Below, piece by piece: positions 1 through 10,396 of a DNA stretch of 64,000 nucleotides. The DNA is from Myxococcales bacterium. Its GTDB lineage: Bacteria > Myxococcota > Myxococcia > Myxococcales > 40CM-4-68-19. The notes under the pieces were generated by a model. The model was given only the letters and a program-made list of their open reading frames with translations, was not told where the DNA came from and did no database searches. Position 1 is the stretch's first letter. Each line of letters opens with the position of its first letter. Where the stretch lies: contig DATDMU010000273.1 of assembly GCA_036518615.1 (NCBI GenBank), forward strand, positions 751 to 64,750. The letters run 5' to 3'. The position numbers were made by a program, and so were the translations under genes.

Positions 1-2
1 AG

Positions 3-350
3 GTGATCGGCTCCGACCAGCTCAAGCGCGTGCAGATGAACATGCTGCGCGATCTGGAGCGGGGAAAGATCGTCGAGGCGGTGCAGGAGGGATTCGAGCG
101 CAACTCCGGGCCGCAGATGCCGCGGCTGCAGGCGCGGCTCGACCAGTTCCTCAAGGCGATTCCCGATCTCAAGAGCGGGCAGACCATCGTGATCACCTAC
201 GCCCCTGGCCGCGGCACCTTCATCAAGGCCGGCGGCGGCGAGGAGATCACCGTGCCGGGAAAGGACTTCGCCGACGCGCTCTTCTCCGTCTGGCTGGGAA
301 AGCAACCCGTCGACGACGAGCTGAAGCGCGAGATGCTGCTCAACCGCTGA
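3..350 (+). CDS. Chalcone isomerase-like family protein, 5'-truncated by the window edge
   Basis: The ORF runs from the window edge to a TGA at 348-350. The C-terminal pattern ITVPGKDFADALFSVWLGKQPVDDELKREML resembles bacterial chalcone-isomerase-like (Chalcone_3) proteins as I recall them. Third-position GC is high, consistent with coding. Confidence 0.55.
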   Translation: MIGSDQLKRVQMNMLRDLERGKIVEAVQEGFERNSGPQMPRLQARLDQFLKAIPDLKSGQTIVITYAPGRGTFIKAGGGEEITVPGKDFADALFSVWLGKQPVDDELKREMLLNR

Positions 351-455
351 ACGCGCCGCGCGTGGCGAGCGTGCGGGCGCCCCGTCGGCCCGCCCTCGCG
401 GCAAAGCTGGCAAACGGGCACGACCCTCCGCACCTTGCGCAGGAGGAGGCAGACA

Positions 456-947
456 ATGCCCGAAAAAGAGACGGTGGAGCGCGCCCGAAAGGACGCGAGG
501 GAAGGCAAGTCCGCGTCCACGCAGGCGGGCGAATTCGTCCGCCAGGAGATGCACCACATCCGCGAGGGGAAGCACGGCGCACGGTCCACGAAGCAAGCCA
601 TCGCCATCGGGCTCTCGGAGGCGAGACGCGCGGGCGTGAAGCTGCCGGCGCCGAAGCGCGGGGCCAGCTCGCGGACGCGAAAGCAGGCGAAGCGCGACCT
701 GTCCAAAGGACGGCGCGGCACGGGCAGGACTTCCGCGCGCAGGTCCCGCGCGGTGAAGCGCGCGCTCGCGCGCGAAGGGCGCTCGGCGGCGTCGAAGCGG
801 GCGCTCGCGAGGCAGGCGCGCACAGCGGCGCGGCGGAGGCCGGCGTCGAGCCGGCGCCGGGCGGCGCGCAAGGGCGCGGCCACCAAGGGGCGCGCGGGGC
901 GGAGCGCCGCTGCCCGCAAGGCGGCGCGGACGCGCAGGTCGCGGTAG
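456..947 (+). CDS. Small basic protein: a conserved N-terminal domain (DUF6496-like by recollection) with an Ala/Arg/Lys-rich histone-like tail
   Basis: Internal ATG at 456 (MPEKETVERARKDAREGKSASTQAGEFVRQEMHHIREGKHGARSTKQAIAIGLSEARRAGVKLP) followed by a long AKR-rich tail. It lies in a different frame from the overlapping 362..1720 ORF, whose N-terminal 200 aa look non-genic. Confidence 0.5.
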   Translation: MPEKETVERARKDAREGKSASTQAGEFVRQEMHHIREGKHGARSTKQAIAIGLSEARRAGVKLPAPKRGASSRTRKQAKRDLSKGRRGTGRTSARRSRAVKRALAREGRSAASKRALARQARTAARRRPASSRRRAARKGAATKGRAGRSAAARKAARTRRSR

Positions 948-979
948 CCGGTTTCGGGACGGGCGCGCGGCGGCGCGCT

Positions 980-1720
980 ATGGTCGAGGCAATGCCCGCC
1001 GCGTTCCAGGTCACCGGGGCCGTGAAGACGTATGCCGGCGCCCGCGCTCTCGGGCCGGTGGACCTGACGCTGGAGGCCGGCACCACCACCCTGCTCCTCG
1101 GCCCGAGCGGGAGCGGCAAGTCCACCCTGCTGCGGCTGCTCAACGGCCTTCTCCAGCCCGACGAAGGATCGGTCCTCTTCGACGGCGCGCCGCCCACCCT
1201 CGCCTCGCGCCTGCGCATCGGCTACGTCATCCAGGGCGGCGGCCTCTTTCCCCATCTCACCGCGGAGGGAAACGTCGCGCTGGTGGCGCGCTGGATCCGC
1301 TGGGACGAAGGGCGCATCGCGCGGCGGATGGCAGAGCTGTCGGAGCTGGTGCGGCTGCCGCCGCAGGCGCTGCGCCGTCTTCCCCGCCAGCTTTCCGGAG
1401 GGCAGGCGCAGCGCGTCGGGCTGATGCGCGCGCTGATGCTCGACCCTCCCGCGCTGCTCCTCGACGAGCCGCTCGGCGCGCTCGACCCGGTCACGCGCTT
1501 CGACCTGCAGCAGGATCTGCGCGAGGCCTTCGCGCGCCTGCGCAAGACGGTGGTGCTGGTCACGCACGATCTCGCCGAGGCCTCCTTCTTCGGCGGCACC
1601 GCGGTGCTGATGCGCGACGGCCGCCTGGTGCAGCGTGGACCCTTCTCCGATCTCCTGGACGCCCCCGCCGACGACTTCGTCGCCCGGTTCGTGCAGGCGC
1701 ACCGCATCGAGGCGCGGTGA
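980..1720 (+). CDS. ABC transporter ATP-binding protein, glycine betaine/osmoprotectant type
   Basis: Walker A GPSGSGKST, ABC signature LSGGQAQRV, Walker B LLLDEPLGALD and an H-loop THD. The start was trimmed to the ATG at 980 inside ORF 362..1720. The stop overlaps the next gene's start (GTGA). Confidence 0.9.
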   Translation: MVEAMPAAFQVTGAVKTYAGARALGPVDLTLEAGTTTLLLGPSGSGKSTLLRLLNGLLQPDEGSVLFDGAPPTLASRLRIGYVIQGGGLFPHLTAEGNVALVARWIRWDEGRIARRMAELSELVRLPPQALRRLPRQLSGGQAQRVGLMRALMLDPPALLLDEPLGALDPVTRFDLQQDLREAFARLRKTVVLVTHDLAEASFFGGTAVLMRDGRLVQRGPFSDLLDAPADDFVARFVQAHRIEAR

Positions 1721-3120
1721 TCCTGCTCGCGCTCCTGATCGCTGCCGCCCCGGTGCGCGTCGGCTCCAAGCAGTTCACCGAGTCGGTGATCCTCGGCGAG
1801 ATCGTGCGCCAGGCGCTGGAGCGCGACGGAGTTCCGGCCGTGCACGAGCGCGAGCTGGGCGGCACGCGCGTGGTCTTCGAGGCGCTGGCGAACGGGCAGA
1901 TCGACGTCTATCCGGAGTACACCGGAACCATCGCGCAGGAGCTCCTGCCGGGCCGCCCGCTGGAGGAGGGGCTGCGCGCGCGCGGGCTGCGCATGAGCGG
2001 GCCGCTCGGCTTCGAGGACACCTATGCCATCGGCGTGCGCCGCGCGGTGGCGGAGCGGCTCGGGCTGCGGACGCTCGCGGACCTGGCGCGGCATCCCGAG
2101 GTGCGTCTGGGCCTGAGCAACGAGTTCCTCCAGCGCGGCGACGGCTGGCCGCGGCTGCGCGCGGTCTACGGCTTCTCCGACGCGGGGGTGCGCGGGCTGC
2201 AGCACGATCTCGCCTACCGCGCGCTGCAAGACGGCTCGCTCGACGCGACCGATCTCTACTCCACCGACGCGGAGATCCGCGCCCTGGGGCTGACGGTGCT
2301 GGCCGACGACCGGCACGCCTTTCCCGACTACCGGGCGGTGCTCCTCTACCGCGCCGATCTGCCGGCGGAGGCGGTGCGCTCGCTCGACCGGCTCGCGGGC
2401 TCCATCTCCGGCGACGCGATGATCGCGATGAACGCCAGGGCGCGGCTCGACCGCGTGCCCGAGTCGCAGGTGGCGGCGGCCTTCCTCGGCGCTCCGGCGC
2501 AGGACCAGGAACGCTGGCCTTCGCGCGTGCTGCGCCGCACCGGCGAGCACCTCTTCCTCGTCGGCATCTCGCTCGGAGCCGCCGTCCTCGTCGCCATCCC
2601 CCTGGGCGTGCTCGCGGCGCGGCGGCGGCGGCTCGGCCAGGCGGTGCTGGGGGCCGCGGGGCTGCTCCAGACCATTCCCTCGCTCGCGCTCCTGGTCTTC
2701 ATGATCCCGCTCCTGGGCATCGGCGCGCGGCCCGCCATCGCGGCGCTGTTCCTCTACAGCCTGTTGCCCATCGTCCGCAGCACGCACGCCGGGCTCCTCG
2801 GCATCGCGCCGGAACTGCGCGAGTCGGCGGCTGCGCTGGGGCTCACGCCCCGGGCGCGGCTGCGCCTGGTGGAGCTGCCGATGGCCTCCCGCTCCATCCT
2901 CTCCGGCGTGCAGACCTCCGCGGTGATCAACGTGGGCACCGCCACCCTGGGCGCGCTGATCGGCGCGGGCGGATACGGCCAGCCCATCCTCACCGGCATC
3001 CGCCTCGCGGACACCGGCATCATCCTCGAGGGAGCCATACCCGCCGCGGTTCTGGCGCTGGTTGCGCAGGCCCTCTTCGCCGCGCTGGAGCGCGCGGTGG
3101 TGCCGAAGGGTCTGCGCTAG
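1717..3120 (+). CDS. Fused osmoprotectant-binding domain plus ABC permease (OpuBC/OpuCB-like fusion)
   Basis: The N-terminal half resembles betaine/choline substrate-binding proteins (VGSKQFTESVILGEI..., YPEYTGT). The C-terminal half is a BPD-type permease (SLALLVFMIPLLGIG, EAA-like loop ESAAALGLTPRARLRLVELP). The GTG start at 1717 overlaps the ATPase stop. Confidence 0.85.
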   Translation: MILLALLIAAAPVRVGSKQFTESVILGEIVRQALERDGVPAVHERELGGTRVVFEALANGQIDVYPEYTGTIAQELLPGRPLEEGLRARGLRMSGPLGFEDTYAIGVRRAVAERLGLRTLADLARHPEVRLGLSNEFLQRGDGWPRLRAVYGFSDAGVRGLQHDLAYRALQDGSLDATDLYSTDAEIRALGLTVLADDRHAFPDYRAVLLYRADLPAEAVRSLDRLAGSISGDAMIAMNARARLDRVPESQVAAAFLGAPAQDQERWPSRVLRRTGEHLFLVGISLGAAVLVAIPLGVLAARRRRLGQAVLGAAGLLQTIPSLALLVFMIPLLGIGARPAIAALFLYSLLPIVRSTHAGLLGIAPELRESAAALGLTPRARLRLVELPMASRSILSGVQTSAVINVGTATLGALIGAGGYGQPILTGIRLADTGIILEGAIPAAVLALVAQALFAALERAVVPKGLR

Positions 3121-4451
3121 CGCTCCCGTCCCAACGCGGGGCTCATCGGCAGCGGATGGCCCGCGGCCGATTCGTGGCGGGGTCGCGCGGCCACGTGCTC
3201 GCCCGCGGTGGCGCCGCCGAGCACGTACGCGTTCTCCGAATGGAGCGAGAGGTCCAGCCCGGTCAGCTCGTGCTCTTCCTCGACCCGCAGGCCCACCACC
3301 ACGTCCACGATCTTGAGGATCAGGAGCGTCATCGGCGCCGCCAGCGCAACCGTGGCGCCCACCGCGACGAGCTGGGTGAGCAGCTGGGACGGGTTGCCGT
3401 GGAAGAAGCCGTCGCCGCCCGCGCCGTTGACGGCCTTCCAGGCGAAGAGGCCGGTGGCGAGCGCTCCCCAGACGCCGCCCACCCCGTGCACGCCCACCAC
3501 GTCGAGCGCGTCGTCGTACCCGAGCCTGGCCTTGACGTGGCAGCCGGCGAAACAGAGCATGCCGCCGGCAGCGCCGATGGCGATGGCCGCCATGGGCCCC
3601 ACGAATCCGCATGCGGGCGTGATGGCGACGAGACCCGCCACCGCGCCGGAAGCCGTCCCCAGCGCGGTGGGCTTGCCGCGCAGCTTCCACTCCACCAGCA
3701 TCCAGGCCAGCGCCGCCGCCGCAGCCGCCGTGTTGGTGGCGAGGAAGGCGTTGGCGGCGACGCCCGACGCTTCCAGCGCGCTGCCGGCGTTGAACCCGAA
3801 CCACCCGAACCAGAGCAGCCCCGCCCCGATGAGCGTGAGCGGCAGGTTGTGCGGCGGCATGGGCGTGGCCGGATAACCCTTGCGGCGGCCGATGACCACC
3901 GCGCAGACCAGCGCCGAGACGCCGGAGGAGAGGTGCACCACCGTGCCGCCGGCGAAGTCGAGCGCGCCGAGCTTGTGCAAGAAGCCGCCCTCGCTCCACA
4001 CCCAGTGCGCCAGCGGATCGTAGACCAGGGTGGACCAGAGCAGGGTGAAGAGCAGGAAGGCGGAGAACTTCTTCCGCTCCGCGAACGCGCCGGCGATCAA
4101 GGCCGGGGTGATGGCCGCGAACATCATCTGGAAGAGCATGAACGCCTGGTGCGGGATGGTGGCGGCGTAGCCCGGGTACGGTGCGGGCCCCACGCCGCGC
4201 AGGCCGGCCCATTCGAGCCCGCCGATCAGCCCGCCGCGGTCGGGGCCGAAGGCGAGGCTGTACCCGAACACCACCCATTGCAGCGACACCACGCAGAGCA
4301 CCGCGAACGACTGCAAGAGCGTGGCGAGCACGTTCTTCTGCCGGACCATGCCGCCGTAGAAGAGGGCGAGGCCGGGAACCAGCATCAGGAGCACCAGCGC
4401 CGAGCAGACGAGCACCCACGCCGTGTCGCCCTTGTCGATGCCCATGGGCAT
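3117..4451 (-). CDS. amtB: Ammonium transporter (Amt family)
   Basis: 444 aa with typical Amt motifs: DTAWVLVCSALVLLMLVPGLALFYGG, DFAGGTVVHLSSG, FGWFGFNAGS, GVHGVGGVWG. It shares a 4-nt CTAG stop overlap with the convergent permease gene. Confidence 0.95.
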   Translation of the reverse strand: MPMGIDKGDTAWVLVCSALVLLMLVPGLALFYGGMVRQKNVLATLLQSFAVLCVVSLQWVVFGYSLAFGPDRGGLIGGLEWAGLRGVGPAPYPGYAATIPHQAFMLFQMMFAAITPALIAGAFAERKKFSAFLLFTLLWSTLVYDPLAHWVWSEGGFLHKLGALDFAGGTVVHLSSGVSALVCAVVIGRRKGYPATPMPPHNLPLTLIGAGLLWFGWFGFNAGSALEASGVAANAFLATNTAAAAAALAWMLVEWKLRGKPTALGTASGAVAGLVAITPACGFVGPMAAIAIGAAGGMLCFAGCHVKARLGYDDALDVVGVHGVGGVWGALATGLFAWKAVNGAGGDGFFHGNPSQLLTQLVAVGATVALAAPMTLLILKIVDVVVGLRVEEEHELTGLDLSLHSENAYVLGGATAGEHVAARPRHESAAGHPLPMSPALGRER

Positions 4452-4493
4452 GCAGTTCTCCCCTTCGCGGTAACGTCCGCGAACCTACGGAAA

Positions 4494-4509
4494 TGCAAGC
4501 CGGGGACCA
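4494..4509 (-). promoter_or_regulatory. Sigma-54 (-24/-12) promoter upstream of amtB
   Basis: The reverse complement reads TGGTCCCCGGCTTGCA. This matches TGGCAC-N5-TTGCW with exact GG-N10-GC spacing, and it ends 43 nt upstream of the amtB ATG (4451). Confidence 0.6.
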
Positions 4510-4757
4510 GCGCGCCCCACTCTGCGCGGCCCGCCGCCGGGCGCGCCTGCGCCGACAAGAATGTCCGAAAGTCCGGAACTGGCGACGTCCTTGTCGCCGC
4601 TGCGGCGCGGCCCGCGCTGCGCCCCGCCGGCTCCTGCCCTGCCCCGCCTGCGCCGAGGGAAGGCCGCGCCGTGACAAAAGTGTACGGATGACACAAGTCG
4701 CCTACATTTTTGTCCCTACGGTTGCGGCGGCCGCGGGGCTTTGCTACCCACCGATCC

Positions 4758-6353
<1,596 letters not shown>

Positions 6354-7178
6354 AGCGCCGCCGCGTCGAACTTCAGCGACCAGCCCACCTGCGCCCAGTG
6401 GTCCGCCTCGATCTCGCGCAGCACCCTGCCCCAGCGCTGCGAGGACGCGGGGACGAGGCCGTCGTTCGGTCCGCCGTACGCGGAGAGGTACGCGTGGGAG
6501 GGCCAGAGCAGCGGGTTGGTGTGGGCCAGATCGCTCGAGCCCACCACGCTGCAGTAGGCGATGCGCGGATCGTCGGGGACCTCGCGGTTGAACCGCGCCG
6601 CGGCGCGCGGAGTGAGGTCGGCGAAGGCCTTGATGGGCAGGATGCGGGAGAAGGGCAGGTTCGCGAGCGGCGTGCCGTGGTGGGGAGCGCCGATGGTGAC
6701 CAGCGAGGCGACCCGGTCGCCGAGGCCGAGGCGCGCGATGGCGAAGCGCGCATCCAAACCGCCCATGCTGTGGGCGATGACGTTGACGCGCGCGCCGGGC
6801 AGCTCGCGCACCAGCGCCACCAGCCGTCCGGCGCGGACCGAGACCGGCGCCGCCGGCGGCACCCGGGGAAAGTGGAACTCCGCCCCGAGCGGAGCGAGCT
6901 GCTCGGCGATGTTGCGGAAGTAGCGATGCTTGCGGCCGGCGACGGCGATCTCGTCGAACCCCAGCACGCCGTGCGCGAGCACCACCGGATGCCGCAGCCT
7001 GGGCGCGCGCCGCGCCGGCACCACCCGGCGCAGGCGCGCGCGGCGCCGCCAGGCGCGAACGCCCAGCGCGGCCGCAAGGATCAGCAGCGCGGCGAGAACG
7101 ACGATCCACCAACGCACCCGCGGAGACTACTTCACGCCGGCCGCCCGGCGCCGCCCATTCTGTCGCGGGCAACGGCGG

Positions 7179-8084
7179 CTAGGGAATGAGCAGGACCTTC
7201 CCCACCCCGCCCCGCTCGGCCAGCTTCTGCGCCTCCCGCGCCTGCGCGAGGGGAAGCCGCTTCTCCACCGGAATGGTCAGCTCTCCGCGGGATGCGGCTT
7301 CGGCCAGCGCGCGGAGCCGCGCCGGATCGGGGTGCGCCATGAAGCCGCGCACGCGCAGATCGCGTCCCTTCGCGGCGGCCGGCTCTCCCACCACCGTGCC
7401 CAGCGCACCGCCCTTGCGGATCTTCGGGATCAACTTCGCGATGGTGTCGCCGCCCACGGTGTCGGCGACGGCGTCCAGCTGCGGCAGCGCCGCGATCGCG
7501 GCGTCGTCGTCGATGGCGACCACCTGCCCGGCGCCGAGGCGCTCCGCCTCCGCCTTCTGCCGCGCGCGCACGCCGGCGATCACGCGCGCGCCCAGCTTCT
7601 TCGCGGCGTAGACGGCGGCGCGACCCACGCCGCCCACCGCGCCGGTGACGAGCACCGTCTCGCCCTTCGCGGGCTTCGTGGCTTCCTCGATGAGCTGGGC
7701 GCCGGTCAGGGACACGAGCGGCAGCGCCGCGGCATCGCGCAGGTCGAGCCCGCCGGGGAGCTGCGCGAAGGCCTGCTCCGGCGCGACCACCTGCTGCGCA
7801 TAGCCGCCGTTCACCAGGCCGATCACCTGGTCACCCGGCTTGAAGCGCGTCACGCCCTGCCCCACTTCGAGCACGGTGCCGGAGACGTCGCGGCCCAGCA
7901 CGGCGGGAAGCTGCAGCGGCATCATCGCCTTCAGCGCGCCGCTGCGCAGCTTCCAGTCCACGGGGTTGAGCCCCGCCGCAGCCACCTTGACCTTGACCTC
8001 GCCCGCGCCCGCCACCGGATCGGGGACGTCCCGCAGCTCCAGCTTGTCCACGTCGCCATATGCCGTCAGCACGATCGCTTTCAT
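7179..8084 (-). CDS. NADPH:quinone oxidoreductase / zinc-type alcohol dehydrogenase superfamily (MDR)
   Basis: MKAIVLTAYGDVDKLELRDVPDP..., a GAVGGVG nucleotide-binding motif and a C-terminal GKVLLIP. The start was trimmed to the ATG at 8084 inside ORF 7179..8237. Confidence 0.85.
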   Translation of the reverse strand: MKAIVLTAYGDVDKLELRDVPDPVAGAGEVKVKVAAAGLNPVDWKLRSGALKAMMPLQLPAVLGRDVSGTVLEVGQGVTRFKPGDQVIGLVNGGYAQQVVAPEQAFAQLPGGLDLRDAAALPLVSLTGAQLIEEATKPAKGETVLVTGAVGGVGRAAVYAAKKLGARVIAGVRARQKAEAERLGAGQVVAIDDDAAIAALPQLDAVADTVGGDTIAKLIPKIRKGGALGTVVGEPAAAKGRDLRVRGFMAHPDPARLRALAEAASRGELTIPVEKRLPLAQAREAQKLAERGGVGKVLLIP

Positions 8085-8212
8085 GTCCGCCTCCAGCCGC
8101 ATCACCCGGCCGCACCCGGGCGCACCTCGTCGCCGCAACCAAAGTAGCGAGGCCGGCAACAAAGTAGCGGGCGGTATAGAGTGTTCACCCTGTAACTTCA
8201 AGCACTTCGCTG

Positions 8213-8228
8213 TGGCCTTCCCTTTGCT
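8213..8228 (+). promoter_or_regulatory. Sigma-54 (-24/-12) type promoter upstream of the minor-pilin operon
   Basis: TGGCCTTCCCTTTGCT has exact GG-N10-GC spacing and a TTGCT -12 element. It ends 30 nt before the pilV ATG (8258), with a GAAGGAGG ribosome-binding site in between. Confidence 0.55.
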
Positions 8229-8257
8229 GATGTGCACTCGACGAAGGAGGCTGCCCG

Positions 8258-8743
8258 ATGGACAGCAAGGGTACGACGCTGCTCGAGACGATGGTCGCGC
8301 TGGTGCTCGTGGCCTTCGCCATGACCGGGCTGATCGTCGCCTTCGTCGGCAGCGGCCAGTTCGGCGTGCTCAGCCGCCGCCAGGCCAACGCCATGGCCCT
8401 GGCGCGGTCGATCGCGGGGCAACTGAATCACGTGCCGTTTTCCGACGCGCGCATCCAGAACAACAACACCGGCAACGACGCCACCTTCGCCGATCCGAAC
8501 GGGCTGTTCGCGCAGAGCGCGCTGCCCACCGGCGCCAACGCTCCCGACGTCACCCTTCCCACCCAGACCCTCGGCGGCGGCACCTACGAGGCCTACGTGA
8601 ACGTGGCGGCGGATGCGAACGGCCGCCTCTTCGCGGTGATCGTGCGCTACCACGTCGGCTCGAAATGGATGCGCGCCGTCGCCCTCGGCTACCACTACGA
8701 TCCGGCGGCAGTGGGCACCGGCGCGGTCCCCCTCCCCATATGA
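8258..8743 (+). CDS. pilV: Type IV pilus minor pilin, PilV-like (prepilin-type N-terminal cleavage/methylation domain)
   Basis: The N-terminus MDSKG/TTLLETMVALVLVAFAMTGLIV has the G|xxxxE prepilin peptidase motif followed by a hydrophobic helix. It is the first gene of a four-gene cluster ending in pilY1. Confidence 0.75.
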   Translation: MDSKGTTLLETMVALVLVAFAMTGLIVAFVGSGQFGVLSRRQANAMALARSIAGQLNHVPFSDARIQNNNTGNDATFADPNGLFAQSALPTGANAPDVTLPTQTLGGGTYEAYVNVAADANGRLFAVIVRYHVGSKWMRAVALGYHYDPAAVGTGAVPLPI

Positions 8744-9891
8744 CGCGACCCCAATCCCGCGGCTACACGCTCGTCGAGCTGATGGTCGCCCTGGCCATCA
8801 CCTCGGTGGTGATGGCCGGCATCTCGGCGGTGCTGATCAAGCAGACCCAGGCGTCGGCGGTGCAGAACTACCAGCGCGACCTCGAGGAGAGCGGCCGGCT
8901 CGCGCTGCTCGACCTGGCGAGCGCGGTGCGGACGGCGGGCTACGGCATTTCCCCGCCGGCCGCGTTCGACTTCGCCCGCTACGCCTGCACCACCCCGGAC
9001 ACGCCCACGAGCTGCAACGGCGGCGGGCGCGACCGCACCGACGCGCCGGACGAGTTGGTGGTGGCCTGGCGCAACCCCCTCTTCGCGCGGCAGCTCACCG
9101 GGATCACCGGCGCGGGCTCCGGTCCCTTCCTGCTCTCCTTCTCCGGCGCCCTGACCGCCCCGCTCCAGCCAGGCCGCCTGCTGCAGCTCGTCTGCAGCTC
9201 CGGGGGCACCATCACGCACCTCGCGGTCGGCACTGCGGCGGACGTGGGCGCGACCAGCATCTCCGCGCGGCTGCTCACCACCGCAGACGGGTTCTTCCGC
9301 GCCGATGCGCCGACCAGCGCCTGCTTCTCCACCGCCATGCTCGCGCTGGTGGAGCGCGTCAGGTACTACGTCGGGGCCGACACCGACGGCGTGCCGGCGC
9401 TCTTCCGCGATCGCGGGCGCGGACAGGAGCTGCTCTACCGCGGCATCGAAGACCTCCAGATCAGCTACGACATCGGCCAGCCGCAGCCGCCCTCGCCCTT
9501 CGCAGCGGGCGGGGCCACGCCGGCTGCGCCCCCCGGATGCACCGATCCGGTCTCCGGCGCCGCCACCTGGAGCTTCGGGAGCTGCGCCGGCGTCAGCGGG
9601 AGCCCGGTGCACAACCCCGTCTCGCCGGACTGGCGCGGGCTCCCCTACGACTCCGCCGGCCGCTACACGGCCCAACCCATGAACATCCGCAACGTGAACC
9701 TCACCGTGGTCGCGCGGGCCACGCACCCCTCCCCGGACGGGACGGGCGATGCGGTGCCCGCCATCTTCAACCGGCCGGCGCGCGCCCGCGACCGCTTCCA
9801 CCGCGCCGTGATGACCACCTCGGAGCAGCCCGCGAATCTGTTGAGCCGGGGCAGCTTCGTTCCCCGGCTCAACAACCTCGGAGGTGGATGA
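8740..9891 (+). CDS. pilW: Type IV pilus minor pilin/assembly protein, PilW-like
   Basis: MTRPQSRG/YTLVELMVALAITSVVMAG prepilin motif. The ATG at 8740 overlaps the pilV stop (ATGA). Size and position match PilW. Confidence 0.75.
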   Translation: MTRPQSRGYTLVELMVALAITSVVMAGISAVLIKQTQASAVQNYQRDLEESGRLALLDLASAVRTAGYGISPPAAFDFARYACTTPDTPTSCNGGGRDRTDAPDELVVAWRNPLFARQLTGITGAGSGPFLLSFSGALTAPLQPGRLLQLVCSSGGTITHLAVGTAADVGATSISARLLTTADGFFRADAPTSACFSTAMLALVERVRYYVGADTDGVPALFRDRGRGQELLYRGIEDLQISYDIGQPQPPSPFAAGGATPAAPPGCTDPVSGAATWSFGSCAGVSGSPVHNPVSPDWRGLPYDSAGRYTAQPMNIRNVNLTVVARATHPSPDGTGDAVPAIFNRPARARDRFHRAVMTTSEQPANLLSRGSFVPRLNNLGGG

Positions 9892-10388
9892 TGCGCCCTC
9901 ACCGCGGAAGCGTCCTCATCGCCGCGCTCGTCGTCATCGCCGTGCTGGCCCTGGTCACCGTCGCCACCCTGCGCCTTGCGGACATCAGCAAGGGCCAGTC
10001 CGCCAAGGACGCCCGCAAGCTGGGCCAGGCGGCCTGCATCGACGCCGCTCGGCAGTACCTGATCAGCCGCCTCAACGTCTTCAACATGGCGAGCAGCGTC
10101 ACCTTCGATCAGGTGATCTCCACCGAGGCCGGCGATCGCCACATCTATTCCGGCCACGTCCGCGGCCAGGACGCGATGGGCAAGTTCACCGGCCCCGTCA
10201 TCACCTCCCAGCCCCGTCCCGTCTACACCGGGGTGAGCGGCGGCGCCAGCAGCGACAATCTCGACATCACCAACACCCTGCGCGCCTCCAGCGGCAGGGT
10301 GGGGACGGCCTACCAGGTCATCGTCGCCTGCAGCGATCCGCTCGCCGGCGACATGGAGCTCGAGTTCTCGCTGCAATTCGGATTGTGA
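9888..10388 (+). CDS. pilX: Type IV pilus minor pilin PilX-like
   Basis: MMRPHRGSVLIAALVVIAVLALVTVATL resembles the PilX N-terminal domain. The start overlaps the pilW stop, and the gene sits between pilW and pilY1. Confidence 0.6.
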   Translation: MMRPHRGSVLIAALVVIAVLALVTVATLRLADISKGQSAKDARKLGQAACIDAARQYLISRLNVFNMASSVTFDQVISTEAGDRHIYSGHVRGQDAMGKFTGPVITSQPRPVYTGVSGGASSDNLDITNTLRASSGRVGTAYQVIVACSDPLAGDMELEFSLQFGL

Positions 10389-10396
10389 GGAGAAGC

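Noticed and set aside
362-979. The N-terminal 206 aa of ORF 362..1720 as a genuine extension of the ABC ATPase.
   Set aside because: - This part is an Arg/Ala/Gly-rich string that overlaps, in another frame, the better-supported small basic protein gene (456..947).
- The ATPase domain begins right after the internal ATG at 980.
1222-4677. Very long ORFs in the six-frame track. Examples: 1222..4677(-) at 1151 aa, 1635..4691(+), 10310..15193(-) at 1627 aa, 16596..20075(+), 24168..27149(-), 46888..49950(-), 54658..59388(+) at 1576 aa.
   Set aside because: - They lie antisense or off-frame to genes with clear domain motifs.
- Their translations are monotonous Arg/Ala/Gly/Pro-rich strings without recognisable motifs.
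- Long spurious ORFs of this kind are expected at this GC content, because stop codons are rare.
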